Positions 36,569 through 46,392 of a stretch of DNA of 64,000 nucleotides are shown here, one piece after another. The DNA comes from a virus (taxonomy: Duplodnaviria > Caudoviricetes): IMG/VR virus record IMGVR_UViG_3300034062_005355. One strand, given 5' to 3'. Position numbers and translations under genes: made by a program. Each line of letters starts with the position of its first letter. The first letter of the stretch is position 1. Below the pieces are notes generated by a model. The model had not been told where the DNA came from. It saw only the letters and a list, made by a program, of their open reading frames with translations, and made no database searches.

Positions 36569-37374
36569 TATCCATTTTCTGATTGATATTTTATGACCCT
36601 ATCGTCAACAAAGAAAAATTCTTTTTTTGCAGTTTGAACCCAAAATTTAACTTCGTCTTCTAACATTTTGTTTTCACCAAACTTATAATTCCAAAAAATT
36701 GAACCTTCTCTCATGTTGGTGTGTTTATACCCAAGTCTAGGTATTGTCATAATTGATACAGAATTGTAGGTTAATCTTAATAAAAACTCATAAACAAACG
36801 TTAACTTGATTGAGGGTTTAAAACCTCCAAAGTCTTCAATAACTTGTTTTTTAATAACAGCGCCTGCTGTTTGGAAATTTTGATAGTCTTGTAAAGTTTC
36901 ATTAGTTAAAAATCCCATTTCTTGACTAAAGTTTGCCGCAAAGGTTGCTTCATTGGTAAAACCGGCAAATAAACCTTTTTCGTCCGTTTCAACAACCACA
37001 GGTAAAAATACTTGAGTTTCAGGATATGAACCAATGTATTTTTTAACATTTTTAAACCATATTGACGAGTATTCATCATCAAATTCAAATAATGAAACCC
37101 AAATACCTTTTGCGTTTTTAACCCCAAAATTAACTTGTTCTGCATAACTAGGTTCTTTATCCCATAATAATTTTGTAACATTTATATCTCCAAAATCATA
37201 ACCATTTAAATGGTTAACTAATGATTCTTCAGATGTGTGTACAATTATTAACTCTTCAATATCAACAGTTTGTGATTTAATTGAGGTTATTGCCTTTTCA
37301 AAATAGTCATTAAAATCTCTAGATTTTGATGATTTGATAGGTAGTATGATTGATAGTGATAATTTTTCGTTCAT
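36568..37374 (-). CDS. Glycosyltransferase, GT-A fold (GT2-like); likely start 37374
   Basis: LSIILPI, QVNFGVKNA, EFDDEY DxD-like motif. Confidence 0.8.
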   Translation of the reverse strand: MNEKLSLSIILPIKSSKSRDFNDYFEKAITSIKSQTVDIEELIIVHTSEESLVNHLNGYDFGDINVTKLLWDKEPSYAEQVNFGVKNAKGIWVSLFEFDDEYSSIWFKNVKKYIGSYPETQVFLPVVVETDEKGLFAGFTNEATFAANFSQEMGFLTNETLQDYQNFQTAGAVIKKQVIEDFGGFKPSIKLTFVYEFLLRLTYNSVSIMTIPRLGYKHTNMREGSIFWNYKFGENKMLEDEVKFWVQTAKKEFFFVDDRVIKYQSENG

Positions 37375-37375
37375 A

Positions 37376-38428
37376 TTATTCTTCTGTTTTAGATATTTGT
37401 TGTTCAAACGACTCTGATCTTACGTTTAGGTAGTTTTCAAATAACGAAATTACCGTAGAGTCAAATTCTTGTTTATTAGTATAGTTTTCAACCGTTTTCT
37501 TCATGTTTTCATAAAGATCAGTCTTGATGTTATCTTCTAACCAATTTTGAATATAGTCAGCAATAAAATCACAAATCATTGTTTTGTTTGTTAACCAAAC
37601 ACCATTATCATCATTCATCCATTCAGGTTGAATATTTGGAGTTTTACCAATAACAGGTACTCCTGATGCCATAGATTCTAATGGGAAGGTACCAAAACCA
37701 CTCTCGTCATCAATCCAAACACTAACAAAACAATCTCTTAATGAGTTCGCAAATTCTTTTTCAGAAAGTCCTCTTAAGTCTCTAAATGTAAACCATCTAT
37801 ATTGTGGAAATTTTAAATAAAAAGTCTTGATAATGTTAATAGTATCTTCTTGATTTTTAGTGTGAACTCCAATGATTGGCATTGGTGGGACATTTTTCGG
37901 GTAAAAACTATCTGTAATTAAAGGTTTAATAATATCAAAACTTGATTGTCTCATAACCGTTTCAATATACTCCTGTTGTTTTGTTGTTGTTGTTAAACAT
38001 TTAAAGAAACCATATTGAGCCCAATTTTGACCAGGTTGTAATGTTTCCACAATGTGATTATAGTTTTGGGTAAAAACTATTTTACCACAAGGTAAATTTT
38101 TAATTTGGTCCATCACGTACCCAAACAATTCAGGAACAACAATAAAATCTTCAGGCGCAATTTCTAAATTTTGACCTTCAATTGCTCTGTGAGGAATTGA
38201 CATGTATTCTTCATCAAGCCACGCAACAACACCAGCATATTCTTTTTTCTCGTGAAGAATTATAGGATTAAATCCCGCATCTAATAGCGATTTTGCCATT
38301 TGATAAATTAATCTAACAGAAGCTTTTGCATTACCTTTAGTATCTTGAATAAGAAAATAAATTCTTGATTTTCTATCTTTTAGGTTTTGAATCGACTGTT
38401 TTACTTTTTCGTTTAACGATGTATCCAT
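37376..38428 (-). CDS. Glycosyltransferase, GT-B fold
   Basis: IVVPE; ESGFGTFPLESMASGVPVIG. Confidence 0.8.
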   Translation of the reverse strand: MDTSLNEKVKQSIQNLKDRKSRIYFLIQDTKGNAKASVRLIYQMAKSLLDAGFNPIILHEKKEYAGVVAWLDEEYMSIPHRAIEGQNLEIAPEDFIVVPELFGYVMDQIKNLPCGKIVFTQNYNHIVETLQPGQNWAQYGFFKCLTTTTKQQEYIETVMRQSSFDIIKPLITDSFYPKNVPPMPIIGVHTKNQEDTINIIKTFYLKFPQYRWFTFRDLRGLSEKEFANSLRDCFVSVWIDDESGFGTFPLESMASGVPVIGKTPNIQPEWMNDDNGVWLTNKTMICDFIADYIQNWLEDNIKTDLYENMKKTVENYTNKQEFDSTVISLFENYLNVRSESFEQQISKTEE

Positions 38429-38429
38429 A

Positions 38430-38711
38430 TTAATAATGATTTATAAGTTTTTTATTTAATAAGCTATTAAAAGCTAACCTGAAAGGTATACTTGTATTTG
38501 AACTTGATTTCATTCCTAACTGCTCATCAATTTCTTCATGCTCAGTTAAAATGGTGTCCACCAACATTTTTACCATTTCAAATTTTATGATGTTAATCCT
38601 TGTTTCTGTGTTACCTGAAGTTTCACCTTCAGTATATTGGTTAGACATGTCCAAATATTCTTCAATTTTGTCTAAATCAATATAGTAGTTTTCTCCTAAT
38701 ACTTTAATCAT
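38430..38711 (-). CDS. Hypothetical protein
   Basis: 93-aa ORF in operon. Confidence 0.75.
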   Translation of the reverse strand: MIKVLGENYYIDLDKIEEYLDMSNQYTEGETSGNTETRINIIKFEMVKMLVDTILTEHEEIDEQLGMKSSSNTSIPFRLAFNSLLNKKLINHY

Positions 38712-39300
38712 ATAGCTCTTTTATTTTTGTTTGTAATTCTTTTATTTTTGTTATCGAATGTTCTGTTTCAACATCCTTGTTATATAATGTTTCATATTTT
38801 ATAACAATTTTTCCTTCAGGATGATTTAATAATAAGTTAGGATTTGCTGTAAGTAAAACGTCTATTGAATTCCACATTGAATTAATTGTTGGTTCACTAT
38901 AAAATTTAACCATTTCAACAAGACAACCAAATTTTGAAATGAAGAATAGAGACGCTGGTTTTGATTTACCAATTTCATCGGAAACGATTAAAATATCATG
39001 ATTATCTCTCATATCTAAATAAAAGTCGTTGAAATCCATCATACTTGATACCTCAACTGAACCCGCATGACCGAAGATTTCCATGGTATGTTCTTTGTAT
39101 AAAAAATTATACAGTTCATCTTCATCTTTAAATTTCAAGTGTTTACCAATATCTAAACTACTCAAGTCAGAAATTACCTCATATTCAGATTTTTCCTCGT
39201 CTTCTTTGAATGGATTATCCAAATACCATTTTTCGTATTCCTGTTGTATTTTTTTTAAAGTATCTCGTAAAACACCATTTAACTCTATTGCAATTCTCAT
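38704..39300 (-). CDS. 5'(3')-nucleotidase-like HAD-fold protein with altered motif I
   Basis: MRIAIELNGVLRDT (DxD replaced by ExN); IDVLLTANP. Confidence 0.55.
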   Translation of the reverse strand: MRIAIELNGVLRDTLKKIQQEYEKWYLDNPFKEDEEKSEYEVISDLSSLDIGKHLKFKDEDELYNFLYKEHTMEIFGHAGSVEVSSMMDFNDFYLDMRDNHDILIVSDEIGKSKPASLFFISKFGCLVEMVKFYSEPTINSMWNSIDVLLTANPNLLLNHPEGKIVIKYETLYNKDVETEHSITKIKELQTKIKELYD

Positions 39301-40046
39301 TCTGTTTCGTTATCGTATTTTTGTAATATTTTACTAATTAAAGGATTTCTAACAATATCGTTTTTATCTTTAAATTCAAATGTTGAAATATATTTGTCGT
39401 CTCTAAATTTTTCAATTGCATCCCATAATCCACTGTGAGTTTTATTTTTGTATCTATCTGATTGCTCAACATCGCCAGATATAAAGAATTTACTATTAAA
39501 CCCAATTCTTGTCAATAGTAATTTCATTTGACTTGGTGTTGCGTTTTGACCCTCTTCAAAAATTAAAATTGAGTTATCAATATTCATACCTCTCATAAAC
39601 GCCAATGCAAACACCTCAACAATTTCAAGTTCTTTTAATTTTTCTCTAATTTCTTTTCCTACAATTTTATTTAACAAATAATAAGACGGGAAAATATAAG
39701 GGTCTAATTTTTCTTCAACATTACCAGGTAAACTACCTAATTTTTCTTCAGCCTCAACTGCAGGTCTTACTATAATAATCTTTTCATAAGGTGTGTTTGG
39801 ATCAGCAAGTAAATCAATTGCTGCTTTCATAGTAATATAACTTTTACCTACCCCTGCTGGACCTGAACATACCGTAACTTCACTTGAGGTTAATGTATCG
39901 TAGTATCTTTTTTGTGTTTGAGTTAGAAATTTTTCTTTGGTTTTCTTTTTTAATATTGAACAGATTACTTCTTTTCTTGTTTTATTGTGACCTTCTTCCA
40001 TTGAAGGAGTGGGTACTGGTGATTTTTTTTGTCTTGTATTTGCCAT
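39297..40046 (-). CDS. phoH: PhoH-like ATPase
   Basis: GPAGVGKS, IIIVRPAVE, LGSLPG, FMRGMNI, EEGQNAT, SGDVEQSD. Confidence 0.95.
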   Translation of the reverse strand: MANTRQKKSPVPTPSMEEGHNKTRKEVICSILKKKTKEKFLTQTQKRYYDTLTSSEVTVCSGPAGVGKSYITMKAAIDLLADPNTPYEKIIIVRPAVEAEEKLGSLPGNVEEKLDPYIFPSYYLLNKIVGKEIREKLKELEIVEVFALAFMRGMNIDNSILIFEEGQNATPSQMKLLLTRIGFNSKFFISGDVEQSDRYKNKTHSGLWDAIEKFRDDKYISTFEFKDKNDIVRNPLISKILQKYDNETE

Positions 40047-40061
40047 TTAAATTTGTTTTTT

Positions 40062-41126
40062 TTATAAGTTATCAACTTGAGATTTAATCCATTCATATGT
40101 TTTTTTAAGACCGATGGACAAGGGTTGATTTACTTCCCAACCAATTGCACTTTTATATAATCTATTATCTGAATTTCTTCCTTTAACGCCTAAAGGGCAT
40201 TTAAATCCGTATTTATTAAAAAATTCTTCTCCTTCTATATTTTTAATTTTTATGTCTTTACCTGAAATAGCAATTGCCATACTTGCAAGTTGATTGATTG
40301 TCACCATTTCTTCACTACCAATATTAACTGGTTTTGATAATTCTGAATCCATTAATCTTAACACCGCTTCAACGCACTCATCAACGTATAAGAATGAACG
40401 TGTTTGCACACCACTACCCCAAACTTCAATCTCACCACCATCAGGTGTTTCGGCAGCTTTTCTACACATCGCTGCTGGCGATTTTTCTTTACCACCCTTC
40501 CAAGTTCCCATTGGTCCAAAAATGTTATGAAATCTTGCAATTCTAACATTTAATCCATAGTTTCTATGAAATGATAAAAATAATCTTTCCGAAAATAATT
40601 TTTCCCATCCATATTCGGAATCTGGGTTTGCGGGATAAGCAGAATATTCTTCACAATTTGGATTGTTAGGGTCTAACTGATTATGTTCAGGATACATACA
40701 TGCCGATGACGAGTAAAATACTTTTTTAACTCCTTGTTCGACACATTCTTTAGCAACATTTAAGTTAATCATCGCCGAGTTATGCATAACATCCGCATCG
40801 TGTTCTCCTGTAAAAATATATCCTGCACCACCCATATCTGCTGCAAGTTGATAAACTTCGTCAAACGAAGTTACTTCGGAATAAGGTTGTTTGAGATATG
40901 AAAATGGTATAATTTTATTTTCGTAAGTTTCTACTCTAATAACTGCTTCCACATTTTTTGGGTCACGTAAATCGTAAGTTAAAAATTCATTACACATTTC
41001 TTCAGGTGTAAAATATTCGTGACTTTTTATGTCGACTACTCTTACGTAGTTACCTTCATCTTTTAATTTTTTTGCCAAGTGACCACCTATAAATCCGCCG
41101 CCACCAAGAATTAATATTTTTTTCAT
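40062..41126 (-). CDS. GDP-mannose 3,5-epimerase-like extended SDR
   Basis: GGGGFIG, YQLAADMGGAGYI, FYSSSACMYP, YGWEK, RFHNIFGPMGTWKGGKEKSPAAMCRK. Confidence 0.88.
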   Translation of the reverse strand: MKKILILGGGGFIGGHLAKKLKDEGNYVRVVDIKSHEYFTPEEMCNEFLTYDLRDPKNVEAVIRVETYENKIIPFSYLKQPYSEVTSFDEVYQLAADMGGAGYIFTGEHDADVMHNSAMINLNVAKECVEQGVKKVFYSSSACMYPEHNQLDPNNPNCEEYSAYPANPDSEYGWEKLFSERLFLSFHRNYGLNVRIARFHNIFGPMGTWKGGKEKSPAAMCRKAAETPDGGEIEVWGSGVQTRSFLYVDECVEAVLRLMDSELSKPVNIGSEEMVTINQLASMAIAISGKDIKIKNIEGEEFFNKYGFKCPLGVKGRNSDNRLYKSAIGWEVNQPLSIGLKKTYEWIKSQVDNL

Positions 41127-41128
41127 AA

Positions 41129-41509
41129 TTAATATTCTACGTATTCTTTAACTTCTCTAATTTCAGAAGAAGTTCTTTCGTTTATTTCATTTTTTAATTT
41201 GAATCTTTTATCATTTGTGTGATATACATTTCTTGAAAGTTCAATAAACTTTGAATTAAAAATTTTTTCAGTTTCAATAATTCTTAACATATCTTCAATC
41301 TCCCATAGTTTTGAATTAGTATCAACTAACTCGTGGTATAATTTTGTTATTTCTTCATCGTTTAAATAATCTGAAGAGAAGTTATATAATAATTCAAATT
41401 CTTTATTAACGTACACCAATTTTTCAAGGTTAGTTATTTTTATTTTTTTAACGTGAAGGATTGATAATTTGTCAATTAATTCTCCAACACTAACAGGTAT
41501 TGTAATCAT
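41129..41509 (-). CDS. DUF6165-like protein
   Basis: IPVSVGELIDKLSIL...NSKLWEIED...VYHTNDKR. Confidence 0.75.
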   Translation of the reverse strand: MITIPVSVGELIDKLSILHVKKIKITNLEKLVYVNKEFELLYNFSSDYLNDEEITKLYHELVDTNSKLWEIEDMLRIIETEKIFNSKFIELSRNVYHTNDKRFKLKNEINERTSSEIREVKEYVEY

Positions 41510-41511
41510 AG

Positions 41512-42096
41512 TTATTTTTTTTTAAAAATCATTATGGTTTTTAGAAACCAAGATGCAATTGCAGGTGAAACTGAATTACGTGCACTCATACTATCATTTT
41601 CCAAGTAGTCAAAACCTAAATCATTCATTTTTAAAATAACTTCATCATTATTCATACAATTAACATGACCATCACCTAATTGACCAATGATGGCCCAAGA
41701 CAATATTATTTTATTTGTAGTGAGTGATGTAATGTTATCTAAAAAAATTGATTCATATTGCTTTGGTATATGTTCACCAACTTCTAAACAAATTGTGTTG
41801 TATGCGTTATTTTTTAAATTGTCATAATTTTTATAGTTTTTTATTGGGTTTGACAAATCCCAATTTTTAATAAATTTTAGACTTCCCTTTCTAACCTCAC
41901 CTTCAAATCCGTGTAAGTTTGTGAATCCATTGTTATGTAAATTTTTAAGATAATCCCCAAAACCACATCCAAAATCAATTAATTGTTTATCCTTATCATC
42001 CTGTAGGTAATTTAAAATCCAATTTGCTAAGCTTGGGTCATGCACATGGATTGCTTCTGTGTCATCTGATGTCCAATATCCTGTTTCTGTTATCAT
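41512..42096 (-). CDS. Class I SAM-dependent methyltransferase
   Basis: LIDFGCGFG; ICLEVGEHIP; GQLGDGHVN. Confidence 0.85.
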   Translation of the reverse strand: MITETGYWTSDDTEAIHVHDPSLANWILNYLQDDKDKQLIDFGCGFGDYLKNLHNNGFTNLHGFEGEVRKGSLKFIKNWDLSNPIKNYKNYDNLKNNAYNTICLEVGEHIPKQYESIFLDNITSLTTNKIILSWAIIGQLGDGHVNCMNNDEVILKMNDLGFDYLENDSMSARNSVSPAIASWFLKTIMIFKKK

Positions 42097-42097
42097 T

Positions 42098-43858
42098 TTA
42101 TTTTTTATAAAAAAGTTTATCGTTTTCTAAAGTTTCTCTCACTTCAAAATTATTCTCAATAAGAATAGTTTCCATGTCACCTAAAGAATTCCCATTATTT
42201 TCTGTTAAGTTTTTATCCCATTCAAGATAAATGTAAACATCGTTACAATTTTTAAGAAATCCTGTCATGCCCTCCAACACTTCTTTTTCAAATCCTTGAA
42301 CGTCAATTTTAATAAATCCAATATTAAGATTTTTATTTTTTTTAATCCAATCATCAAACGTGGTGCAATTAACTGTTTCTTCAATATAATTTTTACTAAA
42401 TGACATATTACTTATTGCAACATCTTTATTAAAAGATGTGTTGTCTGAACAATATGGTATGTAGATTGTTTCTTTTTTTGTTTTATTAGAAACTCCCATA
42501 TTTACAATATTAAAATTATTACATTTGTTTTCTTCTCTTCCTAATTCTAACAATTTTATATTCATTCGTACAGGTTCAAAACCGTATACTTCATATCCGT
42601 TTAGTGAGGATGGAATACTAAATAAACCACAATTTGCACCAATATCAATAATAATTTTTGATTTATCTACCAAACTTATTAACTCTTGTAATTTACTATA
42701 TTCTTTATATTCCTCATTTACAACATTAGTTTTTTGGTAATAAAGATTTGTAAAATAATCGTAGTTATATATTACGTAATTTAGATTATAACTATTTTTA
42801 AATTCATATCTGTTTATACTTGTTGATATCTTATTATTTATTTTTTCAAAATATTTGTCGTAGTCAAAATCATCTTGTTTAATTTTTGTTTTATCAAAAA
42901 TTTTAGATTTAATTTTTTTAGAATCTCTTTCTGAAATATATTTTTCAAAATATTTTTCATAATCAAAATCTTTAAGGTTATTCACGTAATAGTGTTCACC
43001 AACAATTAATTTAAATTCGTTAGGGTCTTTATTACTACCATCAATATCGCTATGACTAACCCTTTGGTTTGCCATTCCTGGAGTAAAAGAATAACAATTT
43101 AACTTACTTTCAATTTTGGAGCAATACACATGGTCAATTGCATAAGTGTCGGCAATGTTTTCATCAATCAATTTTAAAATTTTATCAATTGATTTTGGGT
43201 TAACCAAATAAGCATGTGTTGTAAATGCGCCATAAACTCTGTGGATATATTTTGTATCAGTTAATTCAAAATCACCTGAAGGGTTCCATCTATCTTTATG
43301 TTCATTCAAATGGTAGTACGATGATAAAAAGAATATATCCCAATCTAAATTAAAGTTGTCTTCAATATACTTAAACCTGTCCAAAAAATCTTCACATAAT
43401 TCAACATCATCTTCAAATATACCTAAAATTTTATTACTGTCATGTGTTTTAAGTAATTTATAGTGTGAAAGAAAACAACCCTTTTGACCTTTACTGTAAG
43501 CCTTTGGAAAATTAACATCATATTCATTATCATCAACAATTGCGTCAAAAAATTCATAGTTTATATTAAACTTTGGTAAATGAGAGTTAATCCAATCCCT
43601 TCTATCATTTCTTTTTTTTAGATTAATACATTTAAAATCTATATCATCTAATTTAATTTTATTAAATTTAGTCTTACTTGGGGGTAAATTTTCTAAAGAA
43701 TCTATTTTTTTATTTAAAAACCAAGAAGCTTTTTTTAATTCTTCCAAATCATTAAAATCTTTATTTTTTGAATTTAAAATGTGAAACAATGAATTACCAA
43801 CAGTGTATGACAAATTCCAATTCTCAATAACATCTATTATATTTTTATCTAAATTCAT
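42098..43858 (-). CDS. Fusion: degenerate DUF3310 + GT25 glycosyltransferase + FkbM methyltransferase (likely start 43858)
   Basis: VIENWNLSYTVGN..LEELKKASWFL; CINLKKRNDRR, GCFLSH, IFEDDV, TTHAY; IIDIGANCGLF, KIDVQGFE. Confidence 0.85.
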   Translation of the reverse strand: MNLDKNIIDVIENWNLSYTVGNSLFHILNSKNKDFNDLEELKKASWFLNKKIDSLENLPPSKTKFNKIKLDDIDFKCINLKKRNDRRDWINSHLPKFNINYEFFDAIVDDNEYDVNFPKAYSKGQKGCFLSHYKLLKTHDSNKILGIFEDDVELCEDFLDRFKYIEDNFNLDWDIFFLSSYYHLNEHKDRWNPSGDFELTDTKYIHRVYGAFTTHAYLVNPKSIDKILKLIDENIADTYAIDHVYCSKIESKLNCYSFTPGMANQRVSHSDIDGSNKDPNEFKLIVGEHYYVNNLKDFDYEKYFEKYISERDSKKIKSKIFDKTKIKQDDFDYDKYFEKINNKISTSINRYEFKNSYNLNYVIYNYDYFTNLYYQKTNVVNEEYKEYSKLQELISLVDKSKIIIDIGANCGLFSIPSSLNGYEVYGFEPVRMNIKLLELGREENKCNNFNIVNMGVSNKTKKETIYIPYCSDNTSFNKDVAISNMSFSKNYIEETVNCTTFDDWIKKNKNLNIGFIKIDVQGFEKEVLEGMTGFLKNCNDVYIYLEWDKNLTENNGNSLGDMETILIENNFEVRETLENDKLFYKK

Positions 43859-44472
43859 ATATTTTTGTTTACCCAAGACTCCCAAACAAAGTCATATTTA
43901 TAATTGATTTCAAATCCATTTCCTTTTAATCCCTCAAATATTTTTTCATAGTTTTCTTCATAATTTTCACAAAAGGTATGAAATTGTATTTGTAGGTATT
44001 TTACATTTTTTAAAAATCCTGTCTCAATCCAATTTAAAAGTAATGGATATTCTTCACATTCAATGTTAATTTGAATTAAGTCAATTTTATTTAAATTATA
44101 TTTGGATATAAAATAACCAATGTCGTACGAATCAACACTAATTTTTCTTTTTGAAACTTCAATTGTTTCTGAAGTTGCACACCCATTAACATACAAGTTT
44201 ATTTTTTTATTTGATGTTGATATTGCAACTCCTTCAATGTTAACTTTTGGATTTTCACCAAAATTACGTGTTAACTCATAAACAAAATTAGGGACTGGTT
44301 CCACAATAATTAAGTTTGGATTAAACTTATCAATAATTTTTTTAGACCATACTCCAGTAAATCCACCAAGTTCAATTACTTGGGAATTAGAATCTAACGG
44401 ATAATCAATAATTTTAATTTCATCTCCTCTATCTCTTTCCCACATTTCTTGTGGGGTTAAAACATTTTCCAT
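43855..44472 (-). CDS. FkbM-family methyltransferase
   Basis: VIELGGFTG, IIVEPVP, IDLIQINIECEEY, LQIQFH. Confidence 0.8.
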   Translation of the reverse strand: MENVLTPQEMWERDRGDEIKIIDYPLDSNSQVIELGGFTGVWSKKIIDKFNPNLIIVEPVPNFVYELTRNFGENPKVNIEGVAISTSNKKINLYVNGCATSETIEVSKRKISVDSYDIGYFISKYNLNKIDLIQINIECEEYPLLLNWIETGFLKNVKYLQIQFHTFCENYEENYEKIFEGLKGNGFEINYKYDFVWESWVNKNI

Positions 44473-44477
44473 ATTTC

Positions 44478-45317
44478 TTATTGATTAATTCTTTTCCAAG
44501 TTATTGGTAATAACGCACTCCTATCGTGTTGAGTGTATGCCGAACCAAACCAATCTTCTTCTTTAGGACAACAAACTATCTTATTTTTATTTTTACTTAA
44601 AAATGATGACCACCAAGAAAATGTACTATTTGCAATAACAAAATGTTGACATAAACTTTGTGATACGAAATCTGTTATATAGTCGCTGTCGTAATCAAAA
44701 TAGACAACTGTAACTCCAAATTTTTCAAACTTACCAAAAATAAAATCTTTGGTGTCTTCGTTATCTGTAAAAATTAAAATTTCATCAATTTTAGTTTCAT
44801 TTAAAATAAAATTTATTGCATTTTCATAATAGTTAAGTGACATTGTTGGGTGCCACTTTTCAAAACCCTTATGACCACCACCAGTTTTTCTATCATATAC
44901 ATCTCCCCACCTAACATGAACACATAATTTTATTGTGTCTTTGGACATTTTAGATAATGCTTTATCAATCCTTTCTTTAGAAAAAGATAATTCTTCAATT
45001 ACCTCATTTTCAAATCCCTCAAGATATTTCCACGATTGGAAAAATCCATTTATTTCCAAAAGACCTGAATTGCTAGGTATGTCGTGATATGCAAATGATG
45101 GTTCTTGGTGTGTTGATGATACATTATGTTTAATATCATTTACTGATATTTTATTTTTTAAATTGGGAAACAAATCGCAGTGATCCCATTCTTTTGGGAT
45201 GTAATATTCAACATTACGTTTCATTGATTCTCCAACTACCGCACCAATTCTAAAAAGTTGATTTCCAAATCTACCTTTTTCATGGTGTAATATTTCGGTA
45301 TTAGTTAGTCCTATCAT
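44478..45317 (-). CDS. GT11 alpha-1,2-fucosyltransferase-like
   Basis: GRFGNQLF, GFFQSWKY, CVHVRWGD, IANSTFSWWSSFL. Confidence 0.9.
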   Translation of the reverse strand: MIGLTNTEILHHEKGRFGNQLFRIGAVVGESMKRNVEYYIPKEWDHCDLFPNLKNKISVNDIKHNVSSTHQEPSFAYHDIPSNSGLLEINGFFQSWKYLEGFENEVIEELSFSKERIDKALSKMSKDTIKLCVHVRWGDVYDRKTGGGHKGFEKWHPTMSLNYYENAINFILNETKIDEILIFTDNEDTKDFIFGKFEKFGVTVVYFDYDSDYITDFVSQSLCQHFVIANSTFSWWSSFLSKNKNKIVCCPKEEDWFGSAYTQHDRSALLPITWKRINQ

Positions 45318-45331
45318 AATTTTGATATGTT

Positions 45332-46387
45332 TTAATTAAATTTATCGTATTTCTCTCTATATTCAATATTGTTATAATAATCTAACATTGATTTATAGTC
45401 CATAGCCAATAATTTATCACACAATTTATGATTTTTGTCGTAATATTTATTATCCCCGTTACTAAATGGTGTTCTTGAATGTTCAAAATGATACACAAGA
45501 TTATCTACTCTTGATACATTATATTTTAAAGTTATAAACCTATTTTCTCTTTCTTGGTCTTCAGGTCCATATCCAATAAAATTTTCATTTTCTCCACCAC
45601 ATTTTCTATATTTTTTTGTATTTGCAAAAACACAATGACCATATTTTGACGTAAAAGTTTTTAGTAAATTAGTATCAATTGAATTTATATCAAAATTTAT
45701 ATTAAACTCATCCCTGTTAAAACTTAAAGAAATTTCCCTTTGAAATTCACCATCACCGTAAGGATAAACAAAATCTGAATTACCATTAAGTATTAAATTT
45801 TGTGACTCAACGTAAGAGTCAACAGGTAAAATAACGTCAATATCATAATTAACAACTACAGGTGTTTTTACAATATTTAACATTTCGTTTAATTGTTTTG
45901 TTCTGTGGTAGTAATCCAAATTATCTTTTTGAAGAATGTGATTTATTTTTAAGTTTTTTAATGAACTAATAAAATCTAATTTACTTTCTTCTTTAGTTAA
46001 TTCATGTATAATAACATTTGTTTTAAAATTTTTATTTAAAAACCCAAGTACACTTACAGCGTTATTATATCTGTCCTTGGATTCAACACAAACTGGAATA
46101 ATAAATGTTGTTTTTGTTAAGTCTTTTACGTCAATATCTAACTCATCAGTTTCGTCTTGTAAAGTAAAATCATTATCTTCTAATTTTTGTATTTTTCTTT
46201 CAATATACCATAAAGATTTTTTTAAATCTTCTAACTCAGTATCAATACTTTTTTTACCCGCTCTTGAAATGTATTTTATTGCATTGCCAAGATGAAATCC
46301 TAAATCCCAAGATTCAATCACTTTAATGGCTTCATATGGATTATCTTCTCCACCATAATGTTCAGGATGATTTATTTGATTTTCCAT
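45332..46387 (-). CDS. Fusion: DUF3310 + GT-A glycosyltransferase (GT7 C-terminal-like)
   Basis: INHPEHYGG...GNAIKYISRAGKK...EDLKKSLWY; NYDIDV; GGENENFIGYGPEDQER; YHFEH. Confidence 0.85.
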   Translation of the reverse strand: MENQINHPEHYGGEDNPYEAIKVIESWDLGFHLGNAIKYISRAGKKSIDTELEDLKKSLWYIERKIQKLEDNDFTLQDETDELDIDVKDLTKTTFIIPVCVESKDRYNNAVSVLGFLNKNFKTNVIIHELTKEESKLDFISSLKNLKINHILQKDNLDYYHRTKQLNEMLNIVKTPVVVNYDIDVILPVDSYVESQNLILNGNSDFVYPYGDGEFQREISLSFNRDEFNINFDINSIDTNLLKTFTSKYGHCVFANTKKYRKCGGENENFIGYGPEDQERENRFITLKYNVSRVDNLVYHFEHSRTPFSNGDNKYYDKNHKLCDKLLAMDYKSMLDYYNNIEYREKYDKFN

Positions 46388-46392
46388 TATGT

